Source: Paragordius varius (taxonomy: Eukaryota; Animalia; Nematomorpha). Taken from it: a DNA stretch of 64,000 nt. The translations under genes were made by a program, and so were the position numbers. The notes under the pieces were generated by a model, which was not told where the DNA came from, did no database searches, and saw nothing but the letters and a program-made list of their open reading frames with translations. The first letter of the stretch is position 1; every line of letters begins with the position of its first letter. Below, in pieces: positions 39,057 to 53,213 of the stretch. The stretch covers positions 186,001 through 250,000 of the forward strand of contig OZ176060.1 of assembly GCA_964247055.1 (NCBI GenBank), written 5' to 3'.

Positions 39057-39862
39057 TCAATTATGTACATTTTTAATATGTCTGTTAAGATAGTGTTTGT
39101 CCGTATATTCCTTTTACAAATCTTACATTTATATATAATTTTTTCTCATGAACAGCATGAATATGTGTTGCAAGATTGCATTTTTGAGTAAATTCTTTTT
39201 TGCAAATCGTTCATGTTTAATTTTCTCAAGAACTGAATTAATGTGCCTGGCAAGAGAGCTTCTGGAAAACATCTTACAACAAATCTTGCACGAATATTTA
39301 ATTTGTTCATGAACCGAACGAATATTTGCGGTTAATCCATTTTTACCCTTATATATTCTATTACATTGGACACATCGATAATCATTCTCCAATTTTTGAT
39401 TGTATAAGGACTCAATTGGTTTTTCATTATTATTGTTATTATTAAATAAATTGTTAATATCATTCAAGCTTATGCCATTGGAATCAACATTTGAAGATAC
39501 CGAGCTTATATCTTTTACCTTTTTTGGAAATTTTTTTAGATAAAGATCTAAAGGTTCTGTCTGTTCTCCTATCAAATCAATAACTAGGGTATCTTTGATG
39601 GTTTCGGTATTTTCATCGTTTGAATTATTATTTTGTTGAGAATTTTCGCTTTTATGCTCCCTTAAATAACAAAGGTTATAGAAAGAAGCGTTCAGAATTC
39701 TTCGTAAATCATCGTTTGTGAAATCTTCATTTTCCAATAAATTACGAAATGAGGCTGGTTTAGATGGATCATAAATATACCTTTCTTGTTGATTTTTGAG
39801 TTCCACTTTATAAAGCTTAGTATCGAGATCACACCAAAGTTTGTAAGTCGCGTCGCCGAAAT
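39057..39862 (-). pseudogene. C2H2 zinc-finger paralogue with internal deletion and frameshift
   Basis: ORF 39129-39806 is homologous to 18796-19473 with PLDLY in place of PLDLS. Finger 3 is truncated and the last finger is in another frame ending at 39057. Confidence 0.8.
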
Positions 39863-39939
39863 CTAAAAAAATTTGTTAGAAATGTAATTAAAAAGTCAAA
39901 TTATTAATAATGAAACAACAAATTTTCACAGACCAAGAT

Positions 39940-40279
39940 CAGGGGCGTACCGAGGGGGGCAACGGGGTGGATCATGCCCCGGGCGCCGTTATTTAGGGGC
40001 AAAAATAAAAAGTTCAAATGAGATTTTCAGCAAATTTATTTAATAATCCCTATAATATATACTCTATTATTCACCTAATTAGTACTATTGAATAAATTTA
40101 GTATCATATAAATATATATATTTAATAGATTTAAAATTTATATGACTGTGCTGTCTTACCTATGGTTTTTAGGTTACAACGTTTGTATTTTTTTTACTTA
40201 ATTGTTTTATTGGCTTTAAAAAAGGGGGGTGGGCCCCATAAAAGTTTTATGCTCCGGGAGCCGCAAATACTCGCCACTG
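39940..40279 (+). mobile_element. hAT-like MITE (340 bp) with 8-bp TSD
   Basis: Ends CAGGGGCG...CGCCACTG; flanks accaagat / accaaaat (7/8 identical). It is absent from the paralogous site at ~19665-19680. Confidence 0.8.
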
Positions 40280-43200
40280 ACCAAAATGACTTAAAACTCA
40301 GTTGTACAGGTTTATTATTCTAACTATAAAAATTACAAACTTGGCAAACATTAAACAATACAGTAATGATAAAAACCAAATGATAATAATGTAAAAGTAT
40401 AAAGAAAAATATTTTTTTAGATAGAAAACCATAGTTTATTTAACTTAGACTTTTCTATATAATATATGATATCTAGAATTAATTATTTTAACAATTATAT
40501 CTTTATGGCATGTTTTGCTAAAAAAACATGAGTGTTCTACAAAAATATAAAGTCTGGCTGTCAAAAATAATATTTTATTGGAATTAGATGTATTATTAAT
40601 TTTTTTTAATAATAAATTATCTAATATTATAAGGTTGCCTAAAATCGCTTATAAAGTGGTAAAATAATTAATGACACTAAAAAACAAAACTTTTATAAGA
40701 AAGATTTATTGAGATTTTGAAATCTAAAAATTAATTATTTTTTATTCATTAATTTAATTAAATTAAATGTTGAAATAAAACTTAAGTATATTTATTATTA
40801 TTATAATTATTATTTGTTCTATTTTATAGAATATTAGCAGTTATTTGTCTAATAAAACGTTAAATTTTAATTTGTTACATTATGGATTATGAATTTTATT
40901 TTTACGATTTAAATATATACATATATATATATATATATATAATATATATAAATCAAAAAATATTTTATATTAATAAATTATAACAATAATCATTCAATAA
41001 TAAAAATTATTTCAAAAATTAAATTTAAAAATTTATAACCTAAAAAAATTTAAAAATTTATCTATTTTGATTTATAAATATATAATATATAGTTAAGAAT
41101 AATATTTAAAACAAGATAATTAATATCAAATTAAATCACAAAAAAATATTCCATTAATTAAAGAATTTAATTAATTAATTTACAAATTATATCTAAAAAT
41201 TAGAGTATGAATAATAATATTAAAATTAATAAAAATATACTATATATGTAAATAATAAAATAAAATAATTAAAATATTTATAAAAATTAGAAAATTTAAA
41301 AAAATATACCCATTTCCCAAATAATTTGAATATTTTATCGAATAATAAAAAGAGACAATTTAAAAAACCGTTAAAAAATTAAATCGTCTGTCGTTTCATT
41401 TTATATTTACAAAGTTTTTTAAATTATTTTATAGTTTAAAAATATTATATTTTTAATTTATTTAAATTATATATTAAATTATATATTTTTTTACATATTA
41501 TTTAATTCGGAATAATTTTGCTAAATCAATTATTTCTTTAATTGTCAATCATTTATTGACGTAAATATTTTTTCATAAATAATGAAATACTTAAATGTAT
41601 TCAATAAAATATTTAAAATTTTAAATTATTGGAATCGCAAAATACGTTATGAATATTATAATTTAATGGGAACTGCCCTTTTTTACAAAAAAAATATATA
41701 TTTTTCAAATAATTATAAACGTCAAACAATTAGGCTGAATTTGAATCAATTGATTTTATAATTTTATATTTTATGATAAAATTAATAATATTTGGAAAAT
41801 TTTTCTTAAGAAATAAGTGATTTTTAAATCAGTACTGTGAGTATATTACTAAACAATTTTAAATTTAAAAAATCTTGTGAAAAAACAAATTAAAATTATT
41901 ATATAAACAAAACTTTAAACAATTTTTTGGAAAAATTTGCCATACTTTTTCAACAATGATTTTCAAGCAAAAACTATGCTTTTAGATATAATGAAATATT
42001 TTCATTAAAACATTCCTATTAATCAGAATTTTGATTAAATAGATTGTGTAATTAGTCGTAATATACAATTTATATTTAACTTAAATTTTAAAAACGACAA
42101 ATTAATCGAAATTTTGATGGATAGAGCGCCGCATTGAAAATATTATATATATATATATATATATATGGGTATTCAGGAATATTTTATTAGTTTACAAACA
42201 TAAGGCTCTAAATGCAAGCATAATATAATGATTTTTCTTGTTTTTTACCAATAGGATTATTCACATCTTTTTAAGAAATATCAATTTTACTGCGATTTAA
42301 TAAGCGTTTTCTGCAAATAATGGATTCCCTAAAGTTAGCCCTGATTTCACTTAATTATTTTTGGAAAATCTCGGCGGACGAACATGTAGTTTTAAAGAAA
42401 ATATATAAAAACACTCTTAAAGTGCATATGGTACATTAAATTTAGTTGTGCCAATTTAAAATGGGTTTAGTGAAATATTCTATATAGACAAAAATTTATA
42501 TTTTCTTATTTATGAGAAGAGCTAAGAGTCTCTACACGAACAGCTTTTAAAAAGTACGGGGTTTAGATTATCGGTAAATGTGTAGTATTAAACATTTAAA
42601 ATAAATAATTAAGAATTTGAACAAATTATATAAATTTGTTTGATTAACCCTCTATAATACAAATTATATTTATCTAAGATTTTTATATATGCATAATTAA
42701 TGTATTAGGTATGAAAAAGCCCTAAGAATTAAAAAAATCTAAATTGTTTAAGTATTGGTTCATGATTGTTTATTGCTAGAAAAATATAATCCTAAATCGT
42801 CATATTGCCTTTTTTAATAATAACTTAATTAAATAATTCAACATACGGATTATGCTAAAGGCTTATGAGATAAATGAGATTCAGATTTGTACTGGGACAA
42901 ATTTTCTCTTTTGTTAACATTTTAAGATAATTTACATAAATTATAATTTGAATCTTAACTTGAAAAAACTTTAATACTACGATTTTTTACAATAAATGCT
43001 ACAATCTGCATTAAACAGTTTAAATTTGATATTGTAATAGCTATTAAGTTTAATTATGCAGAATTGTTACCGAAGTTTCTTATTTCGTTTTCCAAATGTT
43101 GGAGAATTATTTTTATAGTCAATAAAATTATATACCATATTTAATGTAAATTTTGTACTCTCAAGTGGGCGCTTAATAATTTTTGATTAAAGATGAAAAA

Positions 43201-44538
43201 ATTTAAGAGGGTTTAAACACTTATATTTAACCTGAACAAATTTTTAATAATTAATTTATATAATACTACACATTTACCCATATGCATATACCGTGTGTAT
43301 GTTAGAAGCTAGCCGTGATGCCACCATAAGCTTTCACATAGATTAGCGATTATAAATTTTTGTCTCTATATTAAATATACTTAACCTTTTTAAATTGGCA
43401 TAACCAAATTAAAATATACCATTTTCAATTGGGTTTTTATAGACTTCAGGTTGATTTTTATCACTTTAATATGATTCTTTGATATCTCATGTCGGCGAGT
43501 CGCGAAATTTATTAATATATCATAGATTATAACATAAAAAAATAGAAAAATTGCATATTTTGTTGATAAAATTAATCTTTTTTTTTTGTTAAATCTTACT
43601 TCCTGAGATTTTGTAGCCATACGAAAACAATATAGGCTTTAAGCTTTATAAAACTGCTAATAAATTGTATATTACAATTAAATTTAGAAGCAATCTAACC
43701 TTTAATCCTGAGGTGATTAAATACATTTCCATCATATCATAAAATACCGTAAAGTACAGTTTAATATTATGCTAATATTGATATTTTTTACAAAGATACA
43801 TTTTTTCAAAAATATTTTTTTGTAAAGCAAAAAGTTTTTTGCGTTTGTAAAAAATGGCCCATTTTAGACGTGTCAAATCTGCAATTCGAATTCTTTCAAA
43901 ATATAATGTTTTGCATTTGTGTAGTTTATAACATACTTTAGTGATATTTTTGGAATAAGACATTTAGCTATCACCAAAAAAATTTGAAAATGCATATAGC
44001 TTTCTCACTCGAACCCAACTAAAAACACATTACTGATATATTTATAATGAAAATATATATTTTTTATAAGGAAATGATTATTAAGTTAAGGAGACTTTAT
44101 TCGGTATAATATGTAATTGAAAAAATATATATTCTTAAATAAACAAAGCATTTATTGGAGAACATATTTGAATGAACTTGGTAAAATTTTTAGTGGCCAT
44201 AAAATTTATAACAATACTTATGTAAAATATCCAATAAAAAAATTATTACTAAAATAAATTAGACTTATTATGTTAATTTATTATAATAATGATAATTAAA
44301 ATGTATTAAATTTTTTCTAGCACTATTTTAGGCAAAAATTTTAAATCAGGAAAAAACGGGTGTACAAAAAGCATACGTATTAACCCAATAATATAAAACA
44401 ATTTATACCATTATAAAATTTAAATAATCTCTATTTTTATTTAAAATATTTTTGCGCTTAACAATAAATACCATATGAAGTTACTAATCAATTAAATTTT
44501 AAATATACACCGCCCGTACTGTATCAGCCATCTATTTA

Positions 44539-44751
44539 CAATAAAATATCAAAATTATGCGGACAAAACGTAAATAGGGAAAAATTATTTAGACAACCAT
44601 ACTTTTAACCTGGTTTTTCCATAAACTATTTAAAAACGATTGTAAAATTAATAATTGGTGTCCAATATACATCTCTTTTTCATACTTTGCAATTTAAATA
44701 ATATTTGTTTAATATTTTTGTGTTTTGTCCGTATAATTACAATTATTACTA
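44539..44751. mobile_element. pogo/Tc1-like MITE
   Basis: caataaaatatcaaaattatgcggacaaaacgt ... gttttgtccgtataatt inverted ends. Confidence 0.55.
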
Positions 44752-47700
44752 TATTATATAAATAATATAAATTACACGATTTTAATGAATTTTAAAATTG
44801 GATATCCACAAAACAAATCAGAAAGAATTTTAAGACAATAAAAATATTTTATATACGAGTTTGATAAGTCCAATATATGTTAACAAAAATTATTAAATTT
44901 TAGTAAATATTAAAATTTTACAGAGAGAACGAAATATAAAGACAATATTTTATAAAAAATATAACCTGAATATTTTATTTAATTCCAATTATAAATACAT
45001 CATATTACCAATTTACATATCTATATTTGATGTTAAGTACAGCGGTCTTTTGGAAAAAATTGTCCTAAATTTTACGTTTTGTCGGTATAAATTTTATATG
45101 GGATATTATTTAGGTTGGATTATATCTGGATATTTCATTTTAAATATATATATCTTGTTCCTATGTTTTATATACCAAAAATACAGCTTTAATACTATTA
45201 TTAAAGAATTAATAATTTTTGTAAAATATATTTTATATACAATTTAATTGATATGTTCATGCTATCCTTTTTAAATTCATCACCTTTATTACCAAAAAAT
45301 TCTGAATTTATTTATCTCATTTTTGAATTAGATATGTTTTAGTTTCTTGGTACTTAACGGTTTTTTAAACCGAGTGAAACGCACACTCCTGAAAAGTTAA
45401 AGCTGACAATTACATTGAAAAGGTGTAGCACGCTGATTAACCGTAGAGCTTATTTGTTAAGACTTAGAATATATGCAGTACCCACTTTATTGTTGACCTA
45501 TGTACTTTTATAAACTTAATATATACATCATTGTAATTAAATTGAATTAAGTTGTATATTACACAATCAATTACGTTTATATAGGGAAAATAAGGTTTAA
45601 CAAAATTATAATCATCTTTAAAAAAAAATTGTCGTTATATTGTTTTGTCCATGTATCTTTTTTATTTTTGGTGTAAATAGATGGTAAAGTTAATTATAAT
45701 TTGTATATAAATAATCAAAATTTGAATTATTTCCATATAAGGACGGCGGCCCTTCAAGCTGGTGTAAGAGGAATAAAAAACATTAATTTAATAATTTTTT
45801 GTTAAATATCAGAAAATCACCTCCAATCTAAAGAAAGTAAGAGTAAACAAACATTTCTCTATGGTTAAAACATTACCTTAAAGATATACTAATAATAACA
45901 ATTGATTTTACGTTTGATAAAAATTATGACCTTCTTAACAATTTTTAACATTTATTTAATAATATAATTCTAAATTAAGGTTGGGCCTAAATGCCGTAAA
46001 AATTTGAATATTTGATAGAACTTTATAAATATTTAGAAAGTATTAAAAAGTCAACATATCAGGATGTAGTCTGATCTGACTTTCAATATAAATGTTTAAG
46101 TTATATATGAACATCATCCCTTAGTATATATATATATAATAAGCATAATGTAATTTCTCGGACAAACATTTTTCAAGAAACCATCGAATGATTAATTTGG
46201 CATCTTTCTTTTTACAATGCATGGCCGGATATAACATAAATTAATTATATAGATGGCGTTTTTTAAGCGGATCAACTAATAATTTAAAACCCTTAACTAA
46301 ATATAATTTAATTGATTTAACTAAAAATTTGTTCTTTACAGCGTTAAAAATAGCAACTTTCTTATATCCATAAAGTTTATAATAATGATTATATATTTTT
46401 CAAATGTATAATTCCACACTATCGCCAATGTGGCTATTAAAGTCTCCCAGATATTTTTAATTTTTGGCTATAAATAAATATTTTATTAATTTATCATAAA
46501 CTTTTGGGGTAATTTCATACACCAAGGCTTCTTAATAATTTAATACCTTAATAAATTTTAGCAATGGTCTCCTTTTCAATATATGCCTTTTAGTATGATG
46601 CAAATTTTACAACATCTCGAACTTTTTCGCCGCTATTTTTTTCTTTAATTTTTTAAAAGGTCAACCATACTTATTTTTAATTATAAATATATATTTTCTA
46701 TCCATGTTAATTCAATTTATCCGATTTCCTAAATAGATGGCAAATATATTGATATAAATTTTGCCTTATGCTTTGTCAATATTACGACTTTAAATGATAA
46801 TATTTAACATCATTAATTGTGGGATTAGTATTGCTCTCGAACTATTTGAAAAAACATGTCATATAAAGCCATTAATCTAATACAAATGTTATAAGCCTGG
46901 TTTTAACATCGTTTGTGAGTCCTCATTTTTCAACAAATTTTATTTGATTATTGGCTATCATTGACCGACCATAATATAATAAATTTAAATATAATGTTAA
47001 TAATGTTATTGATTAAAGTAGAGAAAACATATTAAAATATTTTAACAATTTTAATTATAAAATTTTTATCATGTCCGCAATATTAATTATCCTGCAAGTC
47101 ATTCATTATATATCTATAAGCGGACTTAGGTTAACATTTGTTTTTGGTTAATTTAATTTTGAATCGAATTGTAGGCCGCAAACATTAGTGTTCATTTATA
47201 TTATTAATTCTTTATAATAAATAATTATTAAATAAAAATTCATTTACTTTAAAAATTGAAATTATACACTTTAAACGTAAATTTAAGACAAATTTGTAAA
47301 AGACAACCAGACTTTCCAAATATTTATTTCATATATGCTCTTTAATCAAAATTTTTGTAGACTATGATTGAGTTAGTAATATATATCTCTATTTCACACT
47401 TTGCCATTTTAAATTATTTTTAAATGAATAAAGATTTGTAAAGTATCGTTGTATTCAAATTTGTGTCTATTTTATATTTTACCACATTTAATTCAAGAAA
47501 CCCCTTTTTACTCTATTGGTCCTTATATATGGTCAAAACACAACAGTTAAAAAAAATATTTTTTTCGCGTTTTAAATTGGTTTTAATATGGTGTAATGTT
47601 TTTTTAAAAATGGTGAAATATCCTAAATATTTGATATAACAAGATATAATTAATTAATTTTAAAAAATATAAATAATTGTTATTAATTTAATGTAATCAG

Positions 47701-48904
47701 CTAATGTTTTATTGAATTTCTAAAAAAATCAAAACAATTTATTTTTCAGTCCATTTACTTTGTTAATCATCAGTTAACAATGTATAATATTTTTTTACAT
47801 TCCAAAATATGTTTAAATAAATTAAAATAGGTTATCATACATAACAATACTAAACATAAAAAAGATGGCATATTCATAGCACAAAATTACATCATTAATT
47901 AATATTTTGAAAAAATATTTTAATAAAGATCATCATAAAACCATAAAAACGAATACATCTTTTTAGGTAAAAATTTGTATATATTTATTTGATGTAATAA
48001 AATTATTAATTTAAAAACTAATAACTGTTGACCTTGCTCTGAACTAATTCTCAACTTCAACTACAAGAAAGTCAAATTTTTAACCAAATTTAATTCAGCT
48101 ATACATAATTATATAATTTACGCTATGTATAATAATATGTGCATTTTAGGGTGGAATTTTTTGTGTTTAATAGAAAACGCGTTATCTTTCACTTTAACAA
48201 ATGAATAGTCAAATTATTTAATAATGTGTGCGAATATAATTAAATTAAAGAAAACAGTCACTGAAAGTTGAATATAAAATGTTTATATATCTAATTGCAC
48301 AAAAGTGTATTTTTAAAACATTTCGGTTATTAAGTCATTATATATATATATATTTAAAACTTAAAACTTAATTTCCAAGCTTTTTATATTTATAAATAAT
48401 TTGGCATATTATAAAAAATGGGTTTGTAGAACCATTTTAAATATTATATTATATTATATATATATATGTGTGTGTTTGTAATTGAATACAATGTAATTAG
48501 CGAATAATATTTGTAATATATTTTTACCCAATTTCCCGCTAAATAGCATTCAAATTTTTTGTGTTAAACAATCAATTATGCATTATACATTACAAATAAA
48601 TAATCTATATAGGGAAATATCAGGTTTAAAAAATGTCTAAAAAACCTAAATTTTTACGTTTTGTCCGTATTTTTATATTACTGTAAATAAATGGCTTATT
48701 TAGTTAAGAATATATATTTAATATAAAATAATCAATTAATAATTGCCTTTTTTATTATTGTTACGTACAAATTTATTTTAAATCAAAAGAGATAATATTT
48801 AAGTTTCAATATAGTATGCGCCTTGGTAAATATTCGGTTCTTCTATAAAGAAAAGAAAGATATCCATAAAAATGCAATTTTTGGTAAAAATAATAAATAT
48901 ATAT

Positions 48905-50165
48905 AATTCGATTGTAAGCGAGTGATGTTAGCTATTGTAAAGAGAGATTGGTTTCTTTGGTTATGTTTTCGATCCAGCACATCTTGCAGCGTCCACGTTT
49001 GATGGATCCTTCGACCTTGCCTGTCATTAGTTGGAATTCCAAGTCATTAGCTCTGGTAATGTGACCAAAGTATGATAATTTCATTTTGAGGCACATGCCA
49101 ATCAGGTGTATCTCGGGGTTTATTTTTTCAAGGATTACAGTGTTTTTTATTTTGTCTTTCCAAGTGATTTGAAGTGCCTTCCGCCAACACCAGATTTCGA
49201 AGGCGTTAATGTATTTTTCGTCTACCTTTTTTATTGTCCAGCTTTCTGATGCATATAGCATGCTAGGAAATATTAGGGCTTTAACTAAACGGATTTTTGT
49301 TTTAAGTTTGATGTCGTGTGATGACCATAGTTTATTATATTTTATCATTTTTGTCTTTGCAAATCCTATTCTTCTTTTAATGTCTGGGGTGCTGTTGTTC
49401 GTTGTATTTATGAGACTGCCTAGGTAAGTGTATTGGGACACTACTTCTATTTGTTGGTTGCGAAAAGATAAGTTGTTATAGTGGTTATAATCATATTTTA
49501 GTTTTTTTAAAGTTGATCGTCAATCCACCAAATTTTTGAAATTTATTTGAGAATTCAGTTAAGAGTTTTTTAAGGTTGTCCACTGAGTTTGACAGCAGTA
49601 TGGTGTCATCAGCATAATCAAGTGATGATATATTGCCGGCGATGCTTATACCATTAGTTTTATCTATGTTCCGTAATACGCTTTCTATGCAGACGTTAAA
49701 GAGAGTTGGTGAGAGGACACAACCTTGTCTTAGACCATTGTTCATTTGTACCCAATTACTTGTGCCATATGTTTAGTGATGAATTGGAATAGAGGGATTT
49801 TATGATGTTTAAAATGTGATCTGAAACTCCCATCTGAGATAGTGCCTTCCACAGCGTGTCGTGTTTCACGCTGTCGAAGGCTTTTGTAAAATCAATGAAG
49901 CAGATGTGGGTTTCTTTCTGAAATTCTATTTGTTTTTCGAATATCCAACGTATATTGCTGATCATTTGCCTGCATCCGCGATTGGTTCTAAATTCCGCTT
50001 GGGTATTAGAAAGTTCGGCTTCAATTATGCCTTGAATACGCCTGTGAATTATTTGAAAAAAACTTTTGATGCTTGGTTGATTGGCGCTATAGTTCTAGAG
50101 TTGTTAAATGATTTAGGATCGCCTTTTTTCAAGATGGGGATGAGTATTGATTTGCACGAACACGG
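48905..50165 (-). mobile_element. RTE-clade (BovB-like) LINE, 5'-truncated, disrupted
   Basis: CFIDFTKAFDSV, GLRQGCVLSPTLFN, LDYADDT, YLGSLI, IKRRIGFAK, LYASESW, WCWRKAL, KLSYFGHI, GKVEG..RGR. A different family from the 27.9 kb copy. Confidence 0.9.
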
Positions 50166-50344
50166 GTAAACACTGTGAGTTCAGGAATTGAATTTATATT
50201 GAGCTTTAGAAAATTTGAAACCGAATAGAGTCGGGATGAATATTATAGAGCTTAGAGTCCAGATTGGACAAACGATTATACTAAAATTCAACCAAATTGT
50301 ATGATTTCTTATAATCCCTAAGCCAGGATTAAGCTTTTTATAAT

Positions 50345-50676
50345 TAGAAAATCAGAAATTTTTTTGGCAGAAAGCACCATCTCCTAAATGTTATAAATCA
50401 AAAGGAGTAGAAATAGTTAGTCTATCTGGTTGCAGGTTGAATATATTAGTATATCCTAATTAGCAACAGAGATTATAAGAAACCCAAATTTTGTTGATAG
50501 TCTCACACATGACACGTGGTAAACACTGTCAACAAAATTTGGGTTTCTTATAGTCTCTGTTGCTAATTATACTAATATGTCCAACCTGCAACCAAATAGA
50601 CTAACTATTTCATCTCCTTTTGATTTATAACTTCAAAGAAATCGCGCTTTCCGCCAAAAAATTTTCTGATTTTCTA
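50345..50676. repeat. Long imperfect palindrome (~155-bp arms, 23-bp spacer 50502-50524)
   Basis: gttataaatcaaaaggag...cccaaattttgttgatagt versus actgtcaacaaaatttggg...ctccttttgatttataac; outer ends tagaaaatcagaaa / ttctgattttcta. Confidence 0.9.
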
Positions 50677-51380
50677 GGTAATTTGCTGTTTAATAAGCAT
50701 ATTAATTGTTAAACATTAGGATAGATTATGAATTTAATTTTTGAGATTTGCAAACAATATATTTCTAATATTGCATATTTATTTTCTAAAATTTAAGTAT
50801 TGAATAAAAAATAATTATTTGTTATATAAACAAATAATTTAAAATAAAATAATCAAAATATTAACTAAAATAATATATGCATGAAATAATTTAAAATAAA
50901 ATAATTAAAATATCATATAATGTATATTTAAATTAAAATAAAAAATATACCCATTTTCCAAATATATATATGAATATTATTAGGAATAAATAAAAAGCTG
51001 ACAATTAAAAAAACCGTTTAGAAATAAAATCCTGTCGCATTTTATAATTAATTAGTGTATTTTTATTGTTTTATGGTTTAAATTAAAATGATTTAGTACT
51101 TTTTTACATATAAAAATATTTAATTATTCACTAATTCTTTTTAAAATTACCAAACTTATATTTATTAACAATTTTATCAGTTTTTATTATAATAATTTTA
51201 TTTTTTAGAGATAATTATGATTCATTAAAAAAATTCTTTTTTAATTAAATTAATTTTTAGAATCATTATTTTGATATCACACCTTTTTGAAAAGCAGTTA
51301 GTTATTTTAAAAGAAAAGCTAAATGGTTAGTAAAGTTTAAATTAATTCATCTTAAATATAAAAATCAAATGTTGTTAAAC

Positions 51381-51682
51381 CAAGGGTCGCATTCGGCTAT
51401 CTGAGACTTTTAGTGCGGTCAGAAAAACGTAGAATTTATAATTTCCAAAAACATTTTCACACAATTTTGGTAAAATTGATATTCCTTAAACAATTTTTTA
51501 CAAAATAGGTGTATCATCCAAATAGCAGAACGAGAATGTTAAATACCGTTTACTTTTTAAAGTTTAATGTTTGAAATCTAATAGATTTTTATGAATGCCC
51601 GCATATATATCCCAAATGCGGCTCGTCGGAATATATAAACTAAAAATGCGACCAGCAAAGCCATTTGTGCTGAACCCCCCTG
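51381..51682. mobile_element. Possible hAT-like MITE
   Basis: caagggtcgcatt start, internal inverted aatgcgacc and gcggctc, end gaacccccctg. TSD is not convincing (5/8). Confidence 0.35.
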
Positions 51683-52380
51683 CTTTTAACTCTTAATTCA
51701 ATAAATGAAATTGATTGACGTAATATTTTGCTGTATAATTTCTTGAATAAAACCGCCTTAAAAATGCTTATTTTACGAAATTAGTATGTAACATATACCC
51801 CAGACACATTGTAAAAACCTATTATAATAAATTAATTTATTTAAATGAAATTCTAAGGGTTAAAAAGGTAAAAATTTTAGTTTTTAGGAAAACAATCAAG
51901 AGATTACACATAGGAGAGTTAAAAGCGCAAAAGTTTAGTGCACACAAATAAGTTGTATATATTTTGGCATTGTTTCGTATGAATGTTTTCAAACATTACA
52001 CATAAAATTTCAAATTAATCAACTGCTCTTTCGTATATTTATATCGTCAAACAAAATAAAAATGAGAGTAAATTTTGGCAAAATGTAAAAATATAAAGAC
52101 AAATATTATTAAACCATGCTTTTTAAATCTTGATAACTCATATATATATATATTAATAATGTTAAGGATTTCAATCACCTCGGAAATTTAATCTCAGCAT
52201 TTTCGAGTTTATTTTAAAATAACTGGCTGATTTATGAAGAGCAGAAATTTGGGACTTTCGGGGTCTATATCAAAAAATTAAAATATTTGAAACATCTGTT
52301 CTATTATAAGTAATTTATGATAATAAAATTTACTGATATTTACAAATGAATCGTTAAACCTTTATCAAAAAAAAAATTAT

Positions 52381-53206
52381 TTAACATAATGTGCGCAAAT
52401 TTTGCCATACTCTGTTAATAAACCGTTACAGTTAAAATGTAATTTTGTTAAATCAATCGTGAAGATCAAAACCAAAAGCCCTATGATATTCCTGATACTT
52501 TTCCTATCGAATAATTTTTTTTATATATTTCAATTTTATAATTTAAGAAAGAAGCCTTTAGGAAGAGGATATAAATTAATTGTATTAGCACGTGCTGATA
52601 AAAAATATAACGCTGAGTTTTTTTGAGAAAAATTTGACTTTACTTGGTCCTTTAAGCCGAATGTTACGACAACAAGTAGTCTACGAGCAGTATTATATGT
52701 GCTATTAATTATCCAAATTTGTTAAAATTTTTTATATTTATATAAAAATTGTAGTATTTTATATTTTTGTACTATGCAAATATTATATCCATTAGTTTAC
52801 TCGTATAATTTTGTATGTATTATCGCTAATTATATTTATTTGGTAAATTACCATCATAGAATTTTGCTTAAAATACCTGTATACTAAGTGAATGATCATT
52901 TTCGCATACATTTTATTATAGCAGATAAATCTAAAAAGTTAGATAATAAAAAAGTAATTTGTTAAGTATAGGCCATTTTTTTAATGTTTATATTTAATAT
53001 ATATATTTAGTTTAAAGATAGTTCATTAATAAAAAGTTATGTTACAATGTTGACTCACCAATAACATATTTTATTGTGTAATTCATTTAAATGCTAGAAT
53101 TCGCATATAAAAATCCAAAAATAATTTAAAATTATATGGAATTTTGCATAATATAAAAAATAATTTATATGAAACAAAAAATATATTAACATTTTTAGGA
53201 GGCAGG
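52381..53206 (+). repeat. ~830-bp block duplicated at high identity at 62569-63418
   Basis: Both copies begin ttaacataatgtgc and end ttaggaggcagg, with near-identical internal sequence. Confidence 0.9.
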
Positions 53207-53213
53207 AAAATAA

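Noticed and set aside
47071-47130. gtccgc...gcggac stem in the cassette downstream of the U2 site as U2 stem III/IV
   Set aside because: It is imperfect in the paralogues, lies too far from the junction, and has no sequence similarity to U2 3' domains.
49861-50169. Plus-strand 102-aa ORF (also 49209-49427, 28526-28934, 29593-29790, 30522-30737, 4666-4938, 35023-35297)
   Set aside because: These are antisense shadows of LINE or Utopia coding sequence.
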